Assembly (NCBI GenBank): GCA_041749955.1
Contig: JBGTAI010000146.1
Location: 7,751 to 71,750 of the forward strand
Direction of reading: 5' to 3'
DNA from: Pirellulaceae bacterium
GTDB taxonomy: Bacteria > Planctomycetota > Planctomycetia > Pirellulales > Pirellulaceae
DNA length: 64,000 bases
In this document: positions 20,527 through 28,900 of the stretch, piece by piece
How the letters are laid out: the number at the start of each line of letters is the position of its first letter
Numbering within the stretch: the first letter of the stretch is position 1
The notes under the pieces: generated by a model
What the model was told of the DNA's origin: nothing
What the model saw: the letters and a program-made list of their open reading frames with translations, nothing else
Databases searched by the model: none
Position numbers and translations under genes: made by a program

Positions 20527-21161
20527 AGTTTTTCGCTCTCCGACTCGCGATTCAATTGTCCGCCATCATCAAACGAAGCGTCCAGAAGCTCCGACGACTG
20601 ATCCAACGCGGCCAACATCCAAGACGGAACCGTTTCATCGCCAAAAGGACCGACGAAATCAAACGAGTCTGTTGCGACAAACTTCTCGGATGGGATCGCA
20701 TCGCCGTCATCCCGCATGCTTGACAACTCCGACCAAGTCGAATCGATCGCAGCCCAAGCTTCCGCAATCTCGGCATCATCAACAACAGCCGACTCATCAT
20801 CTTTGATCGACGTGAGCGACAAAACAAAAAGTAATCCCGCCGCGATTGCTGCGATGATTGACACATAGCGTTGCAGTGAAATCGAACGTTGCGGGACATT
20901 CGAAACTTCAATCACTTCGCTGGCGCCCGAAACAGCACAACCGCCAAGCAAAGTCAATCGTTTCGATTGTCGTTCGAGTTCTTCGGCAACTTCAGTTGAG
21001 GTCAGCAGTCGCTGCTCAAACGCCTCGAACTCGTCCGAGGCGAGTTCGCCGAAAAGATAAAGCAGGCATTGCTCGGCCAATTCATCTCGACTCGCACCAT
21101 CATCACAATCGATGTGATTGGTATCTGAATTTGGTCGCGGAGTATCTTCAGCAGTCATCAA
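20523..21161 (-). CDS. Putative anti-sigma factor (single-pass membrane protein)
   Basis: It sits directly downstream of the ECF sigma gene. It has an N-terminal anti-sigma-like helix (CLLYLFGELASDEFEAFEQRLL), one TM segment (IIAAIAAGLLFVLSL) and an acidic periplasmic part. Confidence 0.65.
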   Translation of the reverse strand: MMTAEDTPRPNSDTNHIDCDDGASRDELAEQCLLYLFGELASDEFEAFEQRLLTSTEVAEELERQSKRLTLLGGCAVSGASEVIEVSNVPQRSISLQRYVSIIAAIAAGLLFVLSLTSIKDDESAVVDDAEIAEAWAAIDSTWSELSSMRDDGDAIPSEKFVATDSFDFVGPFGDETVPSWMLAALDQSSELLDASFDDGGQLNRESESEKL

Positions 21162-21187
21162 ATTTCGTAATCAGTTCAAGTTCGTAA

Positions 21188-21790
21188 TCAATTCAAAGAT
21201 TCAAGTTCTTTTTCGAGCTTCGCCAACGCTCGGTGCATTCGCGAGAGCGCGGTTCCAAGCGGGATCCCGAGCTGTTCGGCAATCTGTTCAAAAGTTGCTT
21301 CGCTTTCCAGTCGCATTTTCACAACCACCTGCATATCTTCGGGCAAGCGGCTGACAGCTTGGCGAATCAGCTCTTGTGTTTCACGTCGATCCAGTGCGTC
21401 TTGCGGCTCCTCTCGTTCTTCGGTTTGGTCAGCGACTGACTGCAACACCTGTTGGCTTCGAGAACGTTTTCGCCAAACCATGGCGGCTTCATTCGCGGCA
21501 ACAGTGAACAGCCAAGCTCGAACCACGCGTCTGGGGATACCCTCGCGGTGCTTGATCCACTTCAACGAAACATTTTGCAAACAATCGTCAACATCACTAT
21601 CTTGCCCAAGCCGCGACTTCAAAAAACACCTCAAGCCTTCTCGGCATTGTTCAAAGTCCGCTTCGATCGGAGCTTCGACGGGTGAATTTATGTTCGAACT
21701 GGGTTCTAACCCTGGCTCCGCGCTTCGAGCGTTAACTCCGTCACCAACATAATCGCTGGGTCGTTTCTCTTCGGATGGCGAGGGAATCAT
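21188..21790 (-). CDS. ECF-type RNA polymerase sigma-70 factor
   Basis: Region 2 (WLFTVAANEAAMVWRKR) and region 4 HTH (TFEQIAEQLGIPLGTALSRMHRALAKL). 200 aa. Confidence 0.85.
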   Translation of the reverse strand: MIPSPSEEKRPSDYVGDGVNARSAEPGLEPSSNINSPVEAPIEADFEQCREGLRCFLKSRLGQDSDVDDCLQNVSLKWIKHREGIPRRVVRAWLFTVAANEAAMVWRKRSRSQQVLQSVADQTEEREEPQDALDRRETQELIRQAVSRLPEDMQVVVKMRLESEATFEQIAEQLGIPLGTALSRMHRALAKLEKELESLN

Positions 21791-21826
21791 GCGTCACACG
21801 GTCCTAGATGCTCGGCAAATGCCCGT

Positions 21827-21849
21827 TATTCCCAAATTCCCTGGGAATA
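21827..21849. promoter_or_regulatory. Inverted repeat upstream of the ECF sigma gene
   Basis: TATTCCCA-aattccc-TGGGAATA (8-bp arms), 37-59 bp upstream of the sigma start codon in the divergent intergenic region. Confidence 0.25.
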
Positions 21850-22011
21850 CTCGTAAAATCGTAGCTGAGCAATCGAGTACCAAAGGTCGGACTGGTGGGG
21901 TGGGGTGAAAACTCGGTGGGGTTGCCAGAGAATCTACCTTAGACTCTGTTTTGCCGGCCGTGTGGAGATGGAATCGAGTAACCGGATGAGCGGTGCTACA
22001 ACAGGTTAATT

Positions 22012-23016
22012 ATGGTTGCTGATGAAAAAAACGTCTGGATCGGGTTCGATCTCGGCGGAACGAAAATGCTCGCTGTGGCATACGATGATGATTGGAAGGA
22101 ACTTGGCCGCCGCCGACGCAAAACTCGTGGCAGGGACGGGGCCGAGTCTGGTGTCGAACGAATCGGCTCCACGATCGAGCGACTGATCGCCGAAAACGAA
22201 ATCGCGGTCGAAAATATCCGGGGCATTGGAATCGGGTGTCCTGGTCCAATTGACACGGTAAAAGGTCGCATCCTGGTCACACCAAACCTGGGATGGGACA
22301 ATGTTGATCTTGCTGACTTTCTAAAATCTCGATTTGGCTGCCCGTCCGTCGTTCTTAACGATGTCGATGCAGGAGTCTATGGGGAGTACAAGTTTGGGGC
22401 AGCCAAAGGGTCTCGCTGTGCCGTTGGCATTTTCCCAGGCACGGGAATTGGTGGCGGCTGTATCTATGAAGGCAATATTTTACAGGGTGCTGGAATCTCC
22501 TGCATGGAGATCGGCCATACCCGAATCAGCAGCGGAGCTCGCGGCAGCGCCCGGGGAATGTCGGGGACACTCGAATCAGAAGCCAGCCGATTGGCGATTG
22601 CTGCTGAAGCGGCGAAAGCTGCCCAACGAGGTGAGGCTCCGTCACTTTTCAAAGAATGCGGAACGGACATTGCCGAGATACGAAGTGGTGCGATTGCCTC
22701 GGCAATCGAGAATGGTGACACCGCCATTCGTCAACTCGTTCAAGATGCCGCTCACTCCGTTGGAATCGCTGTCGTCAACATCGTACACTTACTCGCTCCC
22801 GATAAAATCATTCTCGGTGGCGGACTCGTCGAAGCCATGGAAGACTTGATTGTTTCGACCGTCAAGAAAACGGCTCGCCAGAATGTAATGCCGGTCTATC
22901 GCGATCGATTTGATGTGGTCGCAGCAAAACTTGGTGACGATGCTGGCGCGATCGGCGCAGCAGCATGGGCAAAACGATCGATCACGAAGACGGACGACCT
23001 CGTCAACAATGCATAG
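22012..23016 (+). CDS. ROK family sugar kinase (glucokinase-like)
   Basis: N-terminal GFDLGGTKM ATP-binding motif, GIGCPGPID, the ROK-like segment GAGISCMEIGHTRI, and GGGL near the C-terminus. Confidence 0.8.
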   Translation: MVADEKNVWIGFDLGGTKMLAVAYDDDWKELGRRRRKTRGRDGAESGVERIGSTIERLIAENEIAVENIRGIGIGCPGPIDTVKGRILVTPNLGWDNVDLADFLKSRFGCPSVVLNDVDAGVYGEYKFGAAKGSRCAVGIFPGTGIGGGCIYEGNILQGAGISCMEIGHTRISSGARGSARGMSGTLESEASRLAIAAEAAKAAQRGEAPSLFKECGTDIAEIRSGAIASAIENGDTAIRQLVQDAAHSVGIAVVNIVHLLAPDKIILGGGLVEAMEDLIVSTVKKTARQNVMPVYRDRFDVVAAKLGDDAGAIGAAAWAKRSITKTDDLVNNA

Positions 23017-23057
23017 GCGATTCATGAGAAATCATTCACGAACGAAAGCCTTGTCGC

Positions 23058-23930
23058 TTAATCTTTTGGTCGAGTAAACCTCAGCAACAAGCGATCACCG
23101 AAACGTGGCAGGGCATTGCCGATCGTAACGAGCAGCCTCACATAGGCCGGCAGGATTACTTCCGGCAACCGCCGCTGGGCACATCGAACAACAGCTTTCG
23201 CGACGAAGGCGGGGTCGAGCCCCTTGAGTCTCGCGCCGCCACCAGGTGCTTTGGCTTGGTCGGGCAGCGACGCTCCAACGCGATCTTGGTATCGCGTTCC
23301 AGCGTCGTCACGACGTATCGGCCCAGGACATACGAGCCCCACATGAATGCCGTCTGCGATGAGTTCCAATCGCATCTGCTGGGTCATCCCCGCCAATGCA
23401 TGCTTGGCAATTGCGTAACCACCGAGATACCTCGCACCCACTTTGGAAGCCAACGAGCCAATGTTGACGATCGCCCCTTGGGATTGGCGAAGCATGGGCA
23501 ACGCGGCTTGAGAGCAGAGCAGGGCGGCATGCACATTGACTCGCATCAACTCATCGATACGATCCGTCGTTAACTCGCCTATCAAACCGCGATCGCTTTC
23601 ACCCACACAGTTGACCAAAACATCAAGGCGTCCAAACCTGCTCTGGCACGCCTGAAACACTTTGCCAACTGATTCCACGCATGTGACGTCGCCAGTCGCG
23701 AATCCAACTTGCTGGTCACCGACTACGTCTTCAAGCAACTGAGCCCCGACGGCTTCGAGCCTGTTCAACTCGCGCCCTACAAGAAAAACGTCGTAGCCGC
23801 ATGCGAGAAACTCACGGGCAATCGAACGTCCGAGCCCAGAACTGCTACCAGTTACAAGTGCGACACGTGCTATAGAGTTCAAGAAAACACCCGAAAGACG
23901 GTACAAAGGAAAGTAACGCGGCGTTGGCAC
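23058..23930 (-). CDS. SDR family oxidoreductase
   Basis: VALVTGSSSGLGRSIA (TGxxxGxG), NCVG, and the catalytic Y-x3-K (YAIAKHA). GTG start; a shorter TTG start near 23882 is possible. Confidence 0.8.
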   Translation of the reverse strand: MPTPRYFPLYRLSGVFLNSIARVALVTGSSSGLGRSIAREFLACGYDVFLVGRELNRLEAVGAQLLEDVVGDQQVGFATGDVTCVESVGKVFQACQSRFGRLDVLVNCVGESDRGLIGELTTDRIDELMRVNVHAALLCSQAALPMLRQSQGAIVNIGSLASKVGARYLGGYAIAKHALAGMTQQMRLELIADGIHVGLVCPGPIRRDDAGTRYQDRVGASLPDQAKAPGGGARLKGLDPAFVAKAVVRCAQRRLPEVILPAYVRLLVTIGNALPRFGDRLLLRFTRPKD

Positions 23931-24001
23931 AACGCGTAGCTTAGTCTCGCGGTCCCGACGGAACTAACCCACTAAACTTTTGTGCTTCTAACCAACGTCC
24001 A

Positions 24002-25477
24002 ATGAAACATCAATGGACGGCCAACGCAACCGATGAGCTTTCAATGTCTCGACCCTCACTCAACGATGCTTGCACGAAAATCGTGGCCACCGTTGGTCCC
24101 GCTTGCAGCACTCCCGAAAAACTTGCTGAGCTCATCGAAGCTGGGGTCGACGTGTTTCGCATCAACAGTGCTCACGGGACTCGTGAACAACATGCCGAAG
24201 CCTTGGCCAACATTCGCAAGGCGTCCGACGCTTGCGGTAACGCCGTCGGTGTTCTGCTCGATCTTTCCGGACCCAAGCTGCGTCTCGGACAATTGTCTGT
24301 CGATCCGCTTGTCTGCGAGGTCGGCATGCGAGTCACTTTTGTACGCGGCGAAGTGGCATCCGCCCCGAATGAACTGACGAGCTCCTACAAACGGCTCATC
24401 GATGAACTCGCGGTTGGAAACCGAGTGATGCTTGCCGACGGAATTGTACAGCTCAGCGTTGAATCAGTCTCGAAGGACCGCGCCGAGTGTCGAGTGATCT
24501 CGTCAGGCGAAGTCCGAAGTCGCCAGGGCATTAACTTGCCAGGTGTCAAATTATCACTGTCGGCAATGCGACCGGCCGACGTCGACAACGCAATTTGGGG
24601 TGCACAGAACGGCATCGACTTTATCAGCCTGTCTTTTGTGCGGTGTGCCGAAGACGTGCAATCGCTAAAGAATCTACTAACCAGCTACGATTCCAATGCA
24701 CTTGTGATCGCCAAAATTGAAAAACCCGAAGCGCTCGATCACTTGGAAGCGATTGTCGACGCTGCGGACGGTGTCATGGTTGCGCGCGGTGATCTTGGAG
24801 TCGAAATTGATGTTGCCGAGACACCTGTCGCTCAAAAACGCATCATTCGTGTTTGTCGCGAAAAGATGAAGCCCGTTATTGTGGCGACGCAAATGCTCGA
24901 ATCAATGCACCACAGTCGTCGACCAACTCGTGCCGAAGCCAGCGACGTTGCAAACGCGATCCTCGACGGAACCGACGCCTGCATGCTCAGCGGCGAGACG
25001 GCGATCGGTGACTATCCCGTCGAAGCCGTAGAAACCATGAATCGAATCATGCTCCACACGGAACGAGAACTACTCGGCAGCATTGCCGACGATGACAACA
25101 GCAACACTCGCGTGCACCCCATCACCACGGCTGTCACGCAAGCTGCGACCCAGATCGCAGACTCGATCGACGCCAAGCTGATCGTGATCGCGACACATAG
25201 CGGCGGAACAGCATGGGTTAAAAGTAAAAGCCGATCGCGTGTGCCAACGATCGGTGCGAGCGATAGCCCGGAGACGATTCGTCGAATGAATCTGCTTTGG
25301 GGTATCAAACCGTACTTCATTGCCCAGATTGATGACACACCAAAGTTCATTGATGAAATATGTGCGTGGGGCCGTAGCAATGGCGCACTGGTCAGCGGCG
25401 ATCACGTCGTGTTTGTTACTGGTAGCGGTGTGATGAAGAAGGCTCACAACTTGGTAGTTGTTCACACGGTAGATTAA
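24002..25477 (+). CDS. pyk: Pyruvate kinase
   Basis: TKIVATVGPA, FRINSAHG, MVARGDLGVE, VATQMLESM and ETAIGDYP motifs. The ATG at 24044 is an alternative start. Confidence 0.93.
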   Translation: MKHQWTANATDELSMSRPSLNDACTKIVATVGPACSTPEKLAELIEAGVDVFRINSAHGTREQHAEALANIRKASDACGNAVGVLLDLSGPKLRLGQLSVDPLVCEVGMRVTFVRGEVASAPNELTSSYKRLIDELAVGNRVMLADGIVQLSVESVSKDRAECRVISSGEVRSRQGINLPGVKLSLSAMRPADVDNAIWGAQNGIDFISLSFVRCAEDVQSLKNLLTSYDSNALVIAKIEKPEALDHLEAIVDAADGVMVARGDLGVEIDVAETPVAQKRIIRVCREKMKPVIVATQMLESMHHSRRPTRAEASDVANAILDGTDACMLSGETAIGDYPVEAVETMNRIMLHTERELLGSIADDDNSNTRVHPITTAVTQAATQIADSIDAKLIVIATHSGGTAWVKSKSRSRVPTIGASDSPETIRRMNLLWGIKPYFIAQIDDTPKFIDEICAWGRSNGALVSGDHVVFVTGSGVMKKAHNLVVVHTVD

Positions 25478-25885
25478 TCAATCATTTGCATCGCGGATCA
25501 GTAAAGCAACTTCGCCATCGAGGCAGGGCAGGGCGGCAGGGGGCCCCGTAAGATGCACTCGGAGACTGTTGTGGAGCTCAAGATACTTTGTAATATCCGC
25601 TTCAAACGGAGGACGAGCAATCAAGAGTTGATGCCCGTTGACGGAGATCTCCATCGCTTTGCCAATCCACTTTTCAATGCTTAGCAAGACTAACGTCTTT
25701 GTTTCCAATCCACTTGGCCGATTGAAACGCCTCTCGTAAACAACAACGTCTTCGCTGGTGGACGGCTGAGCCGAACCGTCCAGTTCACCAGCATTGACAA
25801 CGCTGTCCGGCACGCTGGTTCGACGCGTCTCTAATGAACCGCAGAGAGTTTTAGTCCATGGACCTCTCAAACGAATTCGATGCAT
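25478..25885 (-). CDS. Hypothetical protein (possibly a beta-sandwich, sugar-binding-domain-like fold)
   Basis: 135-aa ORF, MHRIRLRGPW...YERRFNRPSGLE...ISVNGHQL. The weak resemblance to jelly-roll sugar-binding domains is from memory only. Its stop codon abuts the pyk stop. Confidence 0.45.
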   Translation of the reverse strand: MHRIRLRGPWTKTLCGSLETRRTSVPDSVVNAGELDGSAQPSTSEDVVVYERRFNRPSGLETKTLVLLSIEKWIGKAMEISVNGHQLLIARPPFEADITKYLELHNSLRVHLTGPPAALPCLDGEVALLIRDAND

Positions 25886-25930
25886 ATTGGCTTCTCCCGG
25901 AGAACGAAAATGCGTTGAGCGACCAAATGA

Positions 25931-25965
25931 GAATCCCCGATCGAAACAACTTCGACCGGGGATTC
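25931..25965 (-). terminator. Strong hairpin downstream of the 1515-aa gene
   Basis: GAATCCCCGATCGAA-acaac-TTCGACCGGGGATTC (15-bp stem, one mismatch), 26 nt beyond the stop at 25991. There is no clear U-tract. Confidence 0.55.
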
Positions 25966-25990
25966 GCGTTTAAAAAGCTGGAGTACTAAC

Positions 25991-28900
25991 TTAGGTAATG
26001 GAGCTCATGATTTGGTCCACTAGATTGCGGAAGTTGGCAAACTCTTGTTGTATCAGAGCGGCGTCTGAATTGACGAACGTGAAGTCTTCTTGTCCGCCAA
26101 AGAACCGAACCGATCGACCATCAGCACTCGCAACAAAATGGTTGCTGTCCAGTCGGGCTGTACGTGCCACATTGTCTTGACCAATGATCGTCAACAAAGC
26201 CGCATCACGTGTCGCGTTCAAGGTAAACTCAGCAAACTTCACGTCAGTGAAACCTTCGCCCATGCTCACAAAGTCTTGAGTCCCGGTTGCACTAAGCGAT
26301 ACCGTCCCGCCTTCGCGACCACCATTGCTCATAGCCAAGATCTCCGCATTCGACGCGAGATAGCTCGTTGTCAAGAGATCAAGGTAAGCGATACCTGAAC
26401 CCGCAGCACCTGTGCTTCGAGTTCCATAAGCGGTGAAATTAATACCGCTCCTAGTCGATCCGCCTGGCTCAGCAATCGTGATGACCATACTGCCGTTTGG
26501 CGTGCCATCAGAACCAGCCGTACCAGCGATGTCGCGACCGTAAACAATGGTCTCAGGGATCACATAAGAGACCGTATAAGTACCAGGTGGCAGGTTGGTA
26601 AACTCATAGGAACCGTCCAACTCTGTAAACACAGTGCGACTGATCGTTTGGTTGATTGCGTTCGCACTCGCGGCAGACTCCAACCGAATTGCAACACCAC
26701 CGAGTGCTGTCTCATCAGCTGACTTGATTCCATCACGAACTGGTGTTGCTCCACCAATCACAGCCGAAAGATTCATGATCGTATCAAAGAATGCCGCACC
26801 GCGAATCGTCGATGGGTTGAAGTCTTGAACGTTCACTGTGGCAGTAGCCGTCGCCGTCGCACCACCAGCATCACGGATGGTATAGGTAAATGTCACCGTA
26901 CCAATAGCGCCGGCCGGGGCGGTCAAGTTTACGGCAGTACCATCCGCTGTCGGTGCAACAGTTGCGTTGCCACTGGTCAAGGTAGCCGCAGTTACGGTGA
27001 GAGTTTGGGTCTCGCCACCACCCGCGTTATCGTTGACAAGCACGTTCAAACGTGTCGTCGCACCCGCAAAGGCCATCAAGTTTGGATCATTCGTCGCCAC
27101 AGGAGCATCGTTGATGCCCGTGATTGTGATCGTGGCTGTGGCTGGTGTTGAGCCGCCATTGCCGTCTGTCACGTTGTAACCGTAAACAACAACAGCACTC
27201 TGTCCACCAGTCAGGGAGTTGTAAGCCGAAGGCGTGATGCTCAACGAGTTACCGTTTTGCACGATACCAGCGGCATTGCCAGAGGTGAGCGTGAGATTCG
27301 ATACCGCAAGAACGTCACCGGTATTTGGGTCTGATGCATTTGCGAGCAAGTTAACCGTAGTCGCAGCATCATCCTCAGTGACAGTACGAGTCACTGGCCC
27401 CGACACAACCGGTGGCTGATTCGTCACTGGAGGATCGGTGATCGTGCCAGTCGCAGCTGCCGCGGTCGAACTCACAACATAAACACCACTATTCGGGGTA
27501 ATTGTAAGAACAACGGTTTCATTCCCCTCAGTCAGAGTGTCCGCAGTAGGGTCCACAGTGACAGTCGCTGTGGCCGCACCCGCCGCAAACACAACACTCG
27601 TGCTTGTTCCGGTGTAGTCCGTACCAGCGGTTGCAGTACCACTCACTGAGTAATTAACCGTTAACGCCGAGGCATTGCTTCCGCCAGTTCGCGTGAAGGT
27701 ATAGACCAAGTTCGGCGTACCATTCTCAACAACGCTACTTGGACTGACTGCCACGCTAATCGTGGATGGTCCGAAATCGTCATTCGTAATCGTGCCCGTG
27801 GCCGCACTTGTTCCAACGGTGTAGACCGTAGCATTTGGGCTAATGGTCAAAACAACCGTTTCGTCACTTTCAACCACCGTATCTGCGGTCGGATTGACTG
27901 TAACAGTCACCGAGGAGGCACCCACCGGAATCACAACGCTTGTGCTCGTCCCAGTGAAGTCAGTGCCGGCTGTTGCGGTGCCGCTCGTCGTGTAATTGAC
28001 AGTCAACGCCGAAGTCGTGGCACCAGTTCTCGTGAACGTGTAAACCAAATTGGCCGCCCCGTCTTCGGTGACGCTCGCTGGACTAACAGCGACGCTGACC
28101 GATGGCAACGCTACGTCATCATTCGAAATCGTACCTGTAGCCGATCCTGCTGTTCCGCTTACAGCGTAAACACCGGCGTTGGCTGTGATAGTAAGCACCA
28201 CGGTTTCGTCTGGTTCGACTGTGGTGTCAGCTGTCGGATCGACCGTGACGGTAGCGGACGCTGAACCAGCAGGAATTACCACGCTCGTGCCAGTTCCGGT
28301 AAAGTCACTCGTCGCCGACGCTGTACCGCTAGTGGCGTAGTTAACCGTCAACGCGGAGGTTGTAGCACCAGTGCGTGTGAACGTGTAAACCAAATTAGTT
28401 GCTCCGTCTTCCGTCACGCTAATAGGACTGACAGCAACACTGATGGTTGGCAGCCCCTCATCATCCGTGATCGTTCCTGTCGCAACCCCGGCAGTTCCGC
28501 TCACCGTATAAACAGCAGTGTTAGCGCTGATCGTTAGCACCACGGTTTCGTCACCTTCGACGGCAACGTCAGCAGTCGGATCAACCGTGACGGTCGCTGA
28601 TGAAGCACCCGCTGGAATCACAACACTCGTGCTGGTCCCCGTAAAATCAGTACCGGCCGTTGCAGTGCCAGTCACCGCGTAGTTAATCGTCAACGCCGAG
28701 GTCGTCGCACCTGTTCGAGTGAAGGTGTAAACCAAGTTGGTAGCGCCATCTTCGAGCACGCTGGCTGGACTCACCGCGACGCTGACAGTCGGCAAAGCGA
28801 CCACTGCATCGTCATCCGTGATGGTCCCGGTCGCTGAACCGGCTGTCGTGCTCACGCTGTAAACTGCTGCATTGGCAGTAATCGCCAACACGACCGTTTC

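Noticed and set aside
21791-21900. Attempt to call an ECF-type autoregulated promoter upstream of the sigma gene
   Set aside because: Only a loose GGGAAT...CATC arrangement is present, which is not close enough to the GGAAC-N16/17-CGT pattern to report.
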